A stretch of 64,000 bases of DNA from Mobula birostris (Eukaryota). This document shows positions 26,429-38,945 of this stretch, in pieces. Below the pieces are notes generated by a model that ran no database searches, was not told the origin of the DNA, and saw nothing but the letters and a program-made list of their open reading frames with translations. The stretch lies in NCBI RefSeq assembly GCF_030028105.1, contig NC_092401.1, forward strand, positions 8,528,984 through 8,592,983. Direction: 5' to 3'. Each line of letters opens with the position of its first letter. Position 1 is the first letter of the stretch. Position numbers and translations under genes: made by a program.

Positions 26429-27131
26429 ATATGGTAACATATACAAACTTTGATAATACATTTACTTTGGCATAGCAGGATATGGACATAACCCAGGCCA
26501 GTGGCATTAGTGCAGACAGACAGAACAACTTCTGTGCTGCATGGCTGTGTGCTTACTTTTCGATGTAGGTCCCAACCGCTGACTTATGCGGGAAGAGGAA
26601 GACCTTATTCAACTCCCAGAAAATGCTGGAGGAACTATGGAAATGAAGTCAACGTTTCGGGCAGAGACCCGCTTCAGGACTGAGAAAGAAGGGGAAGGTG
26701 GCCAGAATGAAGAGGTTGGGGCTCAGGGTAGTGGAAGGAGGCTAGTCAAAAGGTGACAGGTGAAGCCAAGTGGTTGGGAAAGGTCAAGAGCTGGAGCAAC
26801 AGGAATCCGATAGGAGAGGAGAGTGGACCATGGGAGAACTGGACCCAGGAAGTAAAAGGCAGGTAAGAAGAAGTGGGGAATAGAAGAGGTGTGAAGATTC
26901 ATTTCTGTAGATGCTGCGTGACCTGCTGAGTTCCTCCAGCATATTATGTGTGTGTTCCCTGGATTTCCAGCATCTGCAGGCTTCCTCGTGTTTATATTTA
27001 ACCCTCAACCATCATCGCTCAATACTGATCGCCTTTGCCCCTCATTGCACCACCTCTCCCGCCGTGAGACCGCCGGTTGTCTCGGCTCGACAGACGCTGT
27101 TTTCCCCGTTGCTCCGGTCCCTGCGGCCTAC

Positions 27132-27392
27132 CTGGTCCCAGTGGTCCCGCTGGTAGCGCTGCCGCTTCAGCCGCGGCTCCAGCTCCAGCTCCCGCAGCAG
27201 GGCCGCCTCCTCGGCCGGGCTCAGGAAGTCGGGCCGCAGCTCTATGTCCCGGGATAATCGGCGGAGCAGCGCGGGGCTGGAAGCCAGCATCAGCTGCAGG
27301 CCTGGGGCTCCATGGGGCCTGCGGGGGTAGCGCAGAGGCTGCCGCGGGGTCAGTGCCTTGCACCGTCCCAGGACCCGCGCACTCAGACCCAT
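27132..27392 (-). CDS. ALKBH7: ALKBH7 coding exon 1
   Basis: Arg-rich N-terminus resembling a mitochondrial presequence, then FLSPAEEAALLRELELEPRLKRQRYQRDHWDQ. Donor CAG|GTAGG, phase 0. GC/CpG-rich. Confidence 0.88.
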
Positions 27393-27460
27393 AGACAGAG
27401 CGATGGGACCGGACCGGACTCAAGTCACCGCCATCAGCAGGCCGGCGGCATTGAAGCGAG

Positions 27461-27470
27461 GCGCATGCGC
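27461..27470. promoter_or_regulatory. NRF1 palindromic site in the ALKBH7 promoter
   Basis: GCGCATGCGC about 70 bp upstream of the ALKBH7 ATG, in a CpG-rich region. Confidence 0.65.
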
Positions 27471-28208
27471 GACCCTGACTTCCCATCGCAGGACATTGCT
27501 AGGACGAAGGCCATTCAGCCCCTTAACTTCATGCTGGTTCTCAGAGCAAACCCATCAGTCTCACCAACCCACTTTATTTCCTTGTTACCTATCCTCTCTG
27601 AAATATCAACTTACTTCGTCTCCTCACTCACCTACACTTGGGGTAGTTCCCAAAATGGTGTACCGATGTAATCTTGGGTAGAATATGCAAACTCCACACA
27701 CACACACACACAGAGTCGAAGTTGCAATTAGATACCAACAGCCGAGGACAGCCGCATACCTGAAAATAACTGGGAGAGGATCAAGAGGAAGAGGGGATTG
27801 GTGACCATGCAAGGAAATAGGAGGCAGGGGTTGGGGGGAAGGCTGACTGGGATGGGGGCTGAGGAGGAGAGAGAGAATGATAGATAACAGGAAGATGGCA
27901 AGAAGTTTCCTCTCCTCAAGAGGGGAAATTGACGATTCCTGTCCATTGCACCAATGAGGCAGTGAAGAGTCTTTAAAAAATTGGCAGGGTAGATTGAAAT
28001 CAGTGGTGACCACAGCTGGAATAAAGGTGTGTTCTTAATGAGGCCGCAAGGAATGCATTGGTGGGTTCCAACAATTAAATCCTTTGTCTGTCCTACAAAG
28101 GAAAAAGTAGTTCTTTTACATTATCCCTCACAATATCCCAATGTGATTAGCATAGACGGACTCTCACTATAACTGACATTGCAGCAAACTCATAATCTTG
28201 GAGAACTA

Positions 28209-28393
28209 CAAGCAACACACATAAAAGTTGCTGGTGAACGCAGCAGGCCAGGCAACATCTATTGGAAGAGGTACAGTCGACGTTTTGGGCCGAGACCCTT
28301 CGTCAGGACTAATTGAAAGATGCTGCCTGACCTGCTGCGTTCACCAGCAACTTTTATGTGTGTTGCTTCAAATTCCAGCATCTGCAGATTTCC
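28209..28393 (+). mobile_element. Fold-back Penelope-derived mini-element (same subfamily as 39451)
   Basis: Inverted arms. 13-bp TSD TCTTGGAGAACTA at 28196-28208 and 28394-28406. Confidence 0.86.
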
Positions 28394-30232
28394 TCTTGGA
28401 GAACTAGCCTGGGGGTCTTTATGCTTGCACATCCAGAGGTCTGACAACTCAAGTATTAATCAGAATCAGACCACACTCCCATAACAAAAAAAAACATCTG
28501 CTCACACTGGGATAATACAGCTGAGGTTCACTTTGATCATGGATGGATGGTCAGTCACTTGCTCTCATAGTCCAAAGTATTAAGAAACCGCTCTTCATTC
28601 ACCTCAATCACACTTCCTTTCTCTGCTAACATCCAGTACTGGTTGAGTCCCGAAGAGTCTGGGCCCAAAATGTCAACTGTTTACTTCCATCCATAGATGC
28701 TGCCTGGCCTGCTGAGTTCTTCCAGCACATTGTGTGTATTCCCTTGTCTTCCATCCAGGTAGCCTCCAACCTGACGGCATGAGTATTATTTTCTCCTACC
28801 AGTGAACAAATAACCCCCAACCCCTTCCTCTGTCCCTCACTCTGATCTTTCATGTCTTCTCACCTGCCTATTACCTCCCCCAGTCCCCTCCCCCTATTGG
28901 CCACTATCAGATTCTTTCTTCTCCAGCCCTTGACCTTTCCCACCCACCTAGCTTCACCTATCACTTTCCAGCTAGCTTCCCTCTCCCCCCACTTTTTATT
29001 ATGGCAACTTTTCCCTTCCTTCTCAGTCCTGAAGAAGTGTTTATTCTTTTCCATAGATGCTGCCTGATCTGCTGAGTTCCTCCAGCATTCTGTGTGTGTT
29101 GCTTTGGATTTCCAGCAACTGCAGACTTTGTCAAGTTTGTTACAGGAAAGACAGGGTTAAATTGTAAAGAGTGCAGAAAAGATTTATGGGAATGTTACTA
29201 GGACTAGAGGGCCTGAGGTATTGGCCAGGCTAAGTCTTTATTCCTTGCAATGTAGGAGAATGAGGAGCAACCTTATATGAATTTTCAAAATTAGGAGAGG
29301 CATCGATAGGGTGGACGATAACACTCTTTTTCCCTGGGTATAAGAATCCAAAGTTAGGGGGCATAGATTTAGGGTGAGAGGGGAGATTTAAAGGGGGCCT
29401 GAGGGGCAATTTTTTTCATGCAGACTGTGGTCAGTACATGGAATGAGCTGCCAGAGGAAGTGGTTGAGGCAGGTACAACAGTATTGTTCACAATGCACTT
29501 GTGTAGGAGTGGCCTGGAGGGATATGGGTAAACAGAGGAAAATGACTAAATGGACAATGTGGTCAGCATGGATTTGTTGGGCTGAAGGGCCTGTATCCAT
29601 GCTGTATTGCTCTATGAATCTATGCCACTCACTGGCATACTCAGACAAATTACTGTGCCCATTGAACCTGCCAGAAAATCATCGGAGCAGCAGGTCAATG
29701 CCACGCAGGAGAACGTGCAAACTCTACACAGACAGCGCTTTAGATCAGCATGAAGCGGGTAGGATACAAGGCGACAGCTCCACCAGCTCTGCCACTGTGC
29801 TGACCGGGTGCTTGATGGCTGGTCTGGATTTGGCGGGCCATGCTGTGACACTCCAATGAGGCACCTCAAGAGCTATAAAACACATGGAACTTGTTGCAGC
29901 TGACAGTCCGAGCTCTACACAGGTAATGGACGTCACAGTCCAAGAACAATTAACAGCCTGGTCAGTGATATTGTTCTGTTACACTGGCTACAAATTTGGG
30001 AACAACATTCGGCAATGCCTTAAAAAGGCAGTGCCCTTCATTATGAATCACCATCACCCAGGTCATGCCCTCTTCTTATTTCTACCATCAGGAGGGAGGT
30101 ACTGAAGCCTGAAGGCACACACTCAGCTTCTTTCCCTCTGTCATCAGATCACTGAATGGACATTGAACCCATGAACACTACCTCAATACTTTTCTTCATT
30201 TCTATTTTTGCACTAATTTTATTTAACTATAT

Positions 30233-30234
<2 letters not shown>

Positions 30235-30279
<45 letters not shown>

Positions 30280-30292
30280 ATGTGTGTGTGTG
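30235..30292. repeat. (TA)n(TG)n microsatellite
   Basis: Directly visible dinucleotide run. Confidence 0.9.
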
Positions 30293-31253
30293 TCTGTACA
30301 GACACACACAGTAGTTCAGTATTTTTCTATTATGCTAAGACAGCAAATTTCACGACCTTTGCCGGTGATATTAATACTGACTCTTGATTTTGTGCATGGT
30401 TGTACAGTAGTTCAAGGGGCCTCAGTGGACTGCACACACAGACACAGCAACCATCAATACAACCTGATAACAGTATCACAATTCCAATTCGCCCTTTCGC
30501 AGACTACACACGTCCCTGGACAAATTTATTTATTTAGCTATTGAGATACCGCATGGAATTGGTGGCCCTTCCAGCCGCACCGCCCAGCATCCCCCAATTT
30601 AATCCCAGCCCAATTACAGGGCAATTTACAATGAAAAATTAACCTACCAGAGGAAACCCACACGGACACGCAGAGAACATACAAACTCCTTACAGGCAGC
30701 GGCACGAATTGAACCCAGGACGCCTGCACTGTAAAGCATTGTGCCAACCACTACGCTATCATGCCACCCTCGCTTTCGTCACCAAAATCCCTCCAAGATC
30801 ATAACTGAGGTGCGACCCCTACTCCTGCCAATCCCAAGCAATAAGATGTGACGGTAGTAAGATCTTACTCTCTTACCACGTAATAAAGAGATCCACACAT
30901 TTCAGAATTATGATTAAAACATTAGCAACCAAGAGGTTCTATTTGAGTAATAAATTAGACTTTATTCAAACCACCGATTAGTGCTGTGACAGACATTACT
31001 GTAATGTGCCCACTGCACAATTCAACAATGCTTCTTCACTTGGAAGTTAGGGGTAGCATTGCCACCAGAACTCAGGAGGAAGGCGGCTGGCACTGGAACG
31101 ATGAGCATCCTGTACCCTCGGCATAAATGTTTGCCCTAGTGATAGGGCAGGGGAGGGAGGCGAGTTCCTGCATCGAGGAGGAGGGTGGGGAAGGACTGGA
31201 TTTACGGTATTCCCTCCCGTGTGCATTACCAGAGGTGAATGTGGCAACACCTT

Positions 31254-31320
31254 TTACCACGGCGGTGACATGGGCTGTGGGTTCTGAAGGTACGACATCA
31301 CCACAGCTGAAATCGACAAC
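31254..31320 (-). CDS. WDR83OS: WDR83OS coding exon 4 (terminal)
   Basis: [21 protein letters not shown]. Spliced product 101 aa. Minus-strand AATAAA at 30961-30966. Confidence 0.93.
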
Positions 31321-31744
31321 CTGCAAAGCCAAAGACAGAAGGGACTTGGTGAGGAGCTTACACAAATCAAATCGCACAGCTACCCAGCCCCCTTGACTGC
31401 CTAACAACTAATCACTTCACCACTGTGATCTGAGTTGGATGATCAGCCATGATCATAATAAATGGCGGTGCAGGCTCGAAGGACCGAATGGCCTACTCCT
31501 GCACCTATTTTCTATGTTTCAATATTTAACCTTCCCAACCTTCCCTGTTTGAGGCCCACTACAAAACGGCATTTATCAACTTAGCTAGGGAGCAGCATAC
31601 TGTCCTTTGGAGGAGATAACACTGTCTGCGCTTCAAAAATTCTTCGGCATCTGTATGGTGTTCTGTAATGTCCTGATGTGATAAATTCAGAGGCAGTTGT
31701 GGCACAAACTCAGGCTCTATAGCCCACCAATTCTCTGCCAAACT

Positions 31745-32250
31745 GCACTCAGTGGCCACTTTATTAAATACACCTGTGCGCCTGCTCATTAATGCAAATA
31801 TCCAATCAGCCAATCATGTGGCAGCATCTCAATATATAAAAGCACACAGACATGGTCAAGTGGTTCAGATATTGTTCAGACCAACCTTCAGAATGGGGAA
31901 GAAATGTGATCTAACTGACTTTGACTGATTGCTGGTGCCAGATGGGGTGGTTTGAGTATCTCAGAAACTGCTGACCACCAGAGATCTTCACACACAACAG
32001 TCAATAAAGTTTACACAGAATAAAGTTTACACAGAATGGTGCGGAAATACTAAAAACATCTAGTGACTGGCAGTTACGGGGGCGAACCCGCCTTGTTAAT
32101 GCAAGAGGTCAGAGGAGAATGGCCAGATCGGTTCAAGCAGACAGGATGTGTGGAGAAGAGCATCTCTGAACACCCAACTCGTCAAACCTTGGCTGCAGCA
32201 AGAGAAGACCACGAACAAACAGAAACACACCCAGTGGCCACTTTATTAGG
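31745..32250. mobile_element. Non-autonomous Tc1-like element
   Basis: CACTCAGTGGCCACTTTATTA termini. Related copies at ~6820-7215, 21080-21340, and 50290-50620 plus 51410-51610. Confidence 0.65.
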
Positions 32251-32811
32251 AACCCAAACCTAGATCAATCCATTTTTATTTCCGCACATTTTCCTCAACT
32301 TCCCCAACGTTCTATATTCACCTGCTGATTAGGAGCAATATACAGCAGCTGACTAACCCACACGACTTTGAGAGGCGGGGGGAAACGCACTCAGTCACAG
32401 GGAGAAAGTGGAATCTCCACCCGGAGATAGCTAAAGGTCTGGATTGAACTGGGTCTCCGGCACTGTGCCATTAATGTGGCCAGGACACGCCCTCTTCTCA
32501 TTGCTACCATCATGAAAAACATACAGAAGCCTGAAGACACACACTTAACGATTCAGGAACAGCTTCTTCTCCTTTGCCATCAATTTCTGAATGGGCATTG
32601 AACCCGTGACCACTACCTCACATTTTATTTCTGTTTTTGCACTATTTAACTATCTAAAATACATATATAAATTTACTGAAAGTAACAGTTTTTCTCTGTA
32701 TTTTTCATGTATTGCATTGTACTGCTGCCCTAAAGTTAACAATTTTCACGACATAAGCTGGCGATATTAAACTTGATTCTGATGTGGTTAAAAATAATGG
32801 ATTTCACTCAC

Positions 32812-32909
32812 ATGAAACTGCTCATCATCTGTTTGGTGTCTTCCGAACTGCGGGAGTTAGCGAAGCTGATGAAAGAGCAGTACACGGCAATCCAAGCGCA
32901 GCATTTCAA
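32812..32909 (-). CDS. WDR83OS: WDR83OS coding exon 3
   Basis: [32 protein letters not shown]. 98 nt; acceptor ttcccag, donor AT|GTGAGT. Confidence 0.93.
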
Positions 32910-33242
32910 CTGGGAAAGGAGGAGAGGGCCATTAGAGACTGGACACACTACACGTCACACTCTCAATCCCAAACCAGTGTATAAAAAAACCCACCCCCAG
33001 CCCCAGATGATGCCAAATTTGATTGGGAGATTAGAAAAAAAAACCAGCTAAATCCTCTGTTCTGGAACTGTGTATGAAGGCAGCAATGAGTTGACTTGCC
33101 TAACACCGTACCTAGGGAGTCGCTCATGGTGACTTGCCTAACACCATTCAGAGGGAGTCGCTCACAATGCAGCCTCTCCACAGGGAACAATGAGCCCATT
33201 TCGGGAAAGGGGGAGGAAGAGCAGGACAAGGGATGTGAATAC

Positions 33243-33348
33243 CTTCAACATCAGCCCACACATACTGAAGATCATGCCCAGCAGGTTCATGTAATCAGGC
33301 GTCGGGTCCTCCAGCGTTGGATTACTGTCACTGGCGGGCGGCTTGTAC
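33243..33348 (-). CDS. WDR83OS: WDR83OS coding exon 2
   Basis: [35 protein letters not shown]. 106 nt with canonical AG/GT. Confidence 0.93.
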
Positions 33349-33739
33349 CTGCAAGAAAGCAGAATTGTTAGAAGCAAGTGGCAGCCATTCAGCACCCGCC
33401 ACTGAGCCTGCTCTGCCATTCATGAAGTTCAGGGCTAAACCCTGTCCTCACGTCCTGCTTCCGCCTGATCCCATGTCATCCAATTCCCTCAAATGTCTAA
33501 AAAACTACTGATTTCAAACAGGAATTAATTTAATGTCAGGGCATCCAGTTCTCTGAAGCAGAGAATTCCAAAGATCCATAATTCACTGAAGAAAGAAATG
33601 TCTTTTCATCTCAGTTCTATATTTTTGTACTGGTTACTCATCCCTATCTTTCAGTCCAGATGAAGATTCTCAAAGTGTCCATTTCCCTCCATAAATGCTG
33701 CCTGACCTGCTGAGTTCCTCCACCTTTTTGTGACTTTAA

Positions 33740-34380
33740 ATTCCTGGGTGTCACTACCTCAGAGGACCTGTCAAATTAATATAATCGCGAAGAAAGCACG
33801 ACAGCATCGCTACTTCCTCAGGAGACTCTGGAGGTTTGGTGTATCATCAAAAACCTTGGCAAACTTTTACAGATGTGGTGGAAAGCGTATTCACTAGCTG
33901 CATTACGGTCTGGTGTGGGAACACCAATACAATTGAATGGAAAATCTTACAAAAGGTAGTGGATTTGGCCCAGTACATCACGGGTAAAACCCTCCCAACC
34001 ATTGAGCACATCTACATGAAATATCCATCAAAGATCCTCACCACCCAGGCCACGCTCTTTTCTTGCTGCTGCCATCAGGTAGAAGGTACAAGAGCCTCAG
34101 GTCTCGCACCACCAGGTTCAAGAACAGTTACTACCCCTCAACCATCAGACCCTTGAATAAAAGGGTATAGTTACATTCATTTAAGGACTATTTGATCTTG
34201 CTAATTCATGTTCATTATTTATTGTTATTTATTTATATCTGCATTTGCAGTTTGTTGTCCATTGATCCTGTTTACAGTTACTGTTCTATAGATTTGTTGC
34301 TAAATATGCCCGCAGAAAATGAATCTCAGGTTGCATGTGGTGACATGTGTGTAGTCTGATAATAAATGTTACTTTGAATT
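33740..34380 (+). mobile_element. Rex1/Babar-like LINE 3' fragment
   Basis: KKARQHRYFLRRL...CITVWCGN...TRFKNSYYPSTIR remnant plus the typical AT-rich 3' UTR. Related copies at ~4970-5620(-), 8330-8930(-), 10110-10675, 22500-23000, 25710-26470, 47165-47610 and 50625-51410. Confidence 0.8.
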
Positions 34381-34729
34381 TTTGTGTGTTGCTTCAGATT
34401 CCAGAATCTGCAGAATCCCATGCCCACAAACTATCAAATATTTGTTTGACTTTAACAAGTGGCTGTTTCATTTTTCAACCCAAATGAACCTTATCCTTTG
34501 CTACATTATATCCCACCTGTGAAATCCACGCTCATTCACTTCGCCTGTCTATAAAGCGTGACATCTCTCTGCATCACTCACAGACACATCACTTTAAATT
34601 ATCAAAAAAACTTGGGTATGTTACATTCTATCCCTTCATCTCCATCAGTGATCTTCACTGTGACCAGCACTGACCTCTGTGGCATCTGACTAGACACAGA
34701 TCCCAACATACTGCAGTCCAGGTGTAATA

Positions 34730-34990
34730 GGACGGCAGGGTAGCGTAGTGGTTAGCACAACGCTTTACAGTACCCGCGACCCGGGCTCAATTCCCACTGG
34801 TCTGTAAGGAATGTCTCCCTGTGACCGCGTGGGTTTCCTCCAGGTGCTCCAGTTTCCTCCCACGGTCCAAAGATGTACCAATCGGTCTTTGTAAATTGTC
34901 CCGTGATTCGGCTAGGGTTCAGTCGGGGACTGCTGTGAGGTGTGGCTCAAAGGGCCTGTTCCACACTGTATCTCAATAAATAAACATAAA
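34730..34990 (+). mobile_element. tRNA-derived SINE (HE1-like family)
   Basis: A box TAGCGTAGTGG, degenerate B box, GGGTTTCCTCC.GGTGCTCC.GTTTCCTCCCAC core. Related copies at 16185-16445, 18980-19215(-), 30545-30770(-) and 35195-35470. Confidence 0.75.
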
Positions 34991-35999
34991 AAAGACCTTT
35001 TTGTTTTCCATCTGCTAGTTCGTTCTCAGTCCATGGAAGGATTCCCTCCTCGATCCAATGCGCTCTTATTATGCTTAATAATCCCGAGAATGGCTCTTTG
35101 CAGAAGACCTACTGGAAATCCAGGAACACCTCAGCAGTTGGCTTGCCCAGGCCTACAGGTAGTATCTTTATAGTCGCAACTCAGAAAGCGCCAGGACAGC
35201 GTAGCAGTCAGTGAGACACTACTACAGCTCGGGACATCGAAGTTCAGAGTTCAACCCCGGCGACCTCTGTAAGGAGTCTCTGTACGTCCGCCCTGTGGAG
35301 TGCGTGGGTTTTCCTCGGGTGCTCCAGTTTCCTCCCACAGTCCAAAGGTGTACCAGGTAGGTAGGTAAATTCTCCCATGATTGGGGTAGGGGTAGGGTTA
35401 AAGCAGTGTTGCTGGGTGGTGTGACTTGAAGCGCTGGAAGGATCTATTCTGCACTGCATCTCTTCGTAAAATACACGTTTCTCAACTGGGGTGATGCAGC
35501 TGCAGTGCTACTGCCTCACCTTCTGTGATTTGATCTTTTGTGTTGTCAGTCTCCAGTTCACATGTTCTTCCTGTGACCACATGGATTTCTCTCACCCTCC
35601 ATGTAAATTCATGGGTTACCTCACAGCCTTAAACTGCCCCCCAGCATAGGTAGAGGCCTGGAGATTTGGGGGGTTGATTTGATGGGCATGTGATTGAGAA
35701 TAGTGCAGGGAAATTAAGTGGGAGAGTAAGATTGCTCTCAGAAGCGGCAGATTTGAAGGGCTATGTTGTCAGGAGATACAAATCCGACATTGTACTGAAG
35801 TACCTGGCACTCCAAACCCATATTTTGCCAGGATTAAGCAAACTCACTGACAAATCGTCACTCCTAGTGGCGAGGTGAGTACTAAAATCCTGGGAGAGAA
35901 CGGTCAGCACCGAGACGATGGGCCTGTTTCTCTCTGCATTTCTCAATGCTTTTAGCTTTGTTCCCATGTATCCATGCTGACTTTTGCTAATCCTGATAA

Positions 36000-36520
36000 T
36001 ACAGAATAGCAATGGCGAAAGCAGCTTTCCAAAAGATGAAGACCATATTAACAGACAGAAAGATGAGCACGTACACTAAAAACAGAATACTGCAGTGCTA
36101 CATTTATTTTGTCCTGACTTATGGAAGTGAATGCTGGACCATTTCCCCAGCAATGGAAAAGAGACTAGAAGCAGCTGAATTATGGTTCTACAGGAGAATG
36201 TTAAAAATATCATGGACCACACACACATCAAATGAAGAAGTTCTCGGAAGAGCCCAAGCAGTTCGATCACTCATACCAACAATAAGAGAAAGACAACTCA
36301 GATTGCTAGGACACATCATGCGGAAAGATGAACTGGAAAAACTCATACTCTCTGGAAAGATTGAGGGGAGCAAACCTAGAGGAAGACCTCGGCTTATGTA
36401 CAACAAAAGCATAGCCAGGTGGCTACACATCAAGAAAATGGAAGTCATCCAAAAAACGAAGCATAGATCTATATGGAAACCATGGTCACCAAAGTCTGCA
36501 TTGGATATGGTACCTAGACA
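36000..36520 (+). mobile_element. RTE-clade LINE 3' fragment
   Basis: RIAMAKAAFQKM...LTYGSECWT...RLEAAELWFYRRMLKISW...RQLRLLGHIMRK...GKIEGSKPRGRPR: hallmark RTE ORF C-terminus. Confidence 0.88.
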
Positions 36521-36761
36521 GTTAGATATTGTCCAAGTGTCTTTATGCTCCCTACTTCGGAAGGGGTGGGGGTGTGTAATCCCATCGCCGTCTCATTCAT
36601 TCTGTCCGTCTCCAAACATTCTGCTCTCTCGGCCCGACCCCGTACACCTGACTCTCCCCTCACTCCCGGACCCAAGACCCCAGTTGTCCACACCCCTGTC
36701 TCTCCAGTTCCCTTCTCACCGGACTCCAAACACCCGGCTCTTTCTCTCTCCCGACCTCAGA

Positions 36762-38900
36762 ACCACACACACGGGTCCCTCTCTTTCTCTGTACACCAGG
36801 CACCACACACCTCTCTCTCTCTCTGTGCACCAGGCACCACACACACGGGTCCCCCCTCTCTTTCTATACACCAGGCACCACACACCTCTCTCTTTCTCTG
36901 TACACCAGGCACCACACACACGGGTCCCCCTCTCTCTCTCTGTACACCAGGCACCACACACACGGGCCCCCCTCTCTCTCTGTACACCAGGCACCACACA
37001 CACGGGCCCCTCTCTCTCTCTCTATACACCAGGCACCACACACACGGGTCCCTCTCTCTCTCTCTGTACACCAGGCACCACACACACGGGCCCCCCTCTC
37101 TCTCTGTACACCAGGCACCACACACACGGGTCCCTCTCTCTCTCTGTACACCAGGCACCACACACACGGGCCCCTCTCTCTCTCTGTACACCCGGCACCA
37201 CACACCTCTCTCTCTCTCTATACACCCGGCACCACACACACGGGCCCCTCTCTCTCTCTGTACACCAGGCACCACACACACGGGCCCCCCTCTCTCTCTG
37301 TACACCAGGCACCACACACACGGGTCCCTCTCTCTCTCTGTACACCCGGCACCACACACCTCTCTCTCTCTCTATACACCCGGCACCACACACACGGGCC
37401 CCTCTCTCTCTCTCTATACACCAGGCACCACACACCTCTCTCTTTCTCTGTACACCAGGCACCACACACACGGGCCCCCCTCTCTCTCTGTACACCAGGC
37501 ACCACACACACGGGTCCCCTCTCTCTCTCTGTACACCAGGCACCACACACACGGGCCCCTCTCTCTCTCTCTGTACACCAGGCACCACACACACGGGTCC
37601 CCTCTCTCTCTCTGTACACCAGGCACCACACACACGGGCCCCTCTCTCTCTCTGTACACCAGGCACCACACACACGGGCCCCCCTCTCTCTCTGTGCACC
37701 AGGCACCACACACACGGGCCCCCCTCTCTCTGTACACCAGGCACCACACACACGGGCCCCCCTCTCTCTCTGTACACCAGGCACCACACACACGGGCCCC
37801 CCTCTCTCTCTGTACACCCGGCACCACACACACGGGCCCCCCTCTCTCTCTGTACACCAGGCACCACACACACGGGCCCCTCTCTCTCTCTGTACACCAG
37901 GCACCACACACACGGGTCCCTCTCTCTCTCTGTACACCCGGCACCACACACCTCTCTCTCTCTCTATACACCCGGCACCACACACACGGGCCCCTCTCTC
38001 TCTCTCTGTACACCAGGCACCACACACACGGGCCCCCCTCTCTCTCTGTACACCAGGCACCACACACACGGGTCCCTCTCTCTCTCTCTGTACACCAGGC
38101 ACCACACACACGGGCCCCTCTCTCTCTCTGTACACCCGGCACCACACACCTCTCTCTCTCTCTATACACCCGGCACCACACACACGGGCCCCTCTCTCTC
38201 TCTGTACACCAGGCACCACACACACGGGTCCCCCTCTCTCTCTCTGTACACCAGGCACCACACACACGGGCCCCCCTCTCTCTCTGTACACCAGGCACCA
38301 CACACACGGGTCCCTCTCTCTCTCTGTACACCAGGCACCACACACACGGGCCCCTCTCTCTCTCTGTACACCAGGCACCACACACACGGGCCCCTCTCTC
38401 TCTATACACCCGGCACCACACACACGGGTCCCTCTCTCTCTCTGTACACCAGGCACCACACACACGGGTCCCCTCTCTCTCTCTGTACACCAGGCACCAC
38501 ACACACGGGTCCCTCTCTCTCTCTGTACACCAGGCACCACACACACGGGTCCCTCTCTCTCTCTGTACACCAGGCACCACACACACGGGTCCCCTCTCTC
38601 TCTCTGTACACCAGGCACCACACACACGGGTCCCTCTCTCTCTCTGTACACCAGGCACCACACACACGGGTCCCTCTCTCTCTCTGTACACCAGGCACCA
38701 CACACACGGGCCCCTCTCTCTCTCTGTACACCAGGCACCACACACACGGGCCCCCCTCTCTCTCTCTCTGTACACCAGGCACCACACACACGGGTCCCCT
38801 CTCTCTCTCTGTACACCAGGCACCACACACATGGGTCCCTCTCTCTCTCTGTACACCAGGCACCACACACACGGGTCCCCTCGCTCTCTGTACACCCGGC
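36762..38900. repeat. ~40-bp compound minisatellite (about 50-55 units) in WDR83OS intron 1
   Basis: Unit (CT)n-GTACACCAGGCACCACACACACGGG(C/T)CCC. Variable CT length and occasional short units. Confidence 0.97.
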
Positions 38901-38910
38901 GCTCCCCTAC

Positions 38911-38945
38911 CGCAGAATCTTGTTGGGTCTCCGGGGGTCCGCCAT
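38911..38945 (-). CDS. WDR83OS: WDR83OS (Asterix, PAT complex subunit) coding exon 1
   Basis: MADPRRPNKILR; donor CG|GTAGG, phase 2. Confidence 0.88.
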
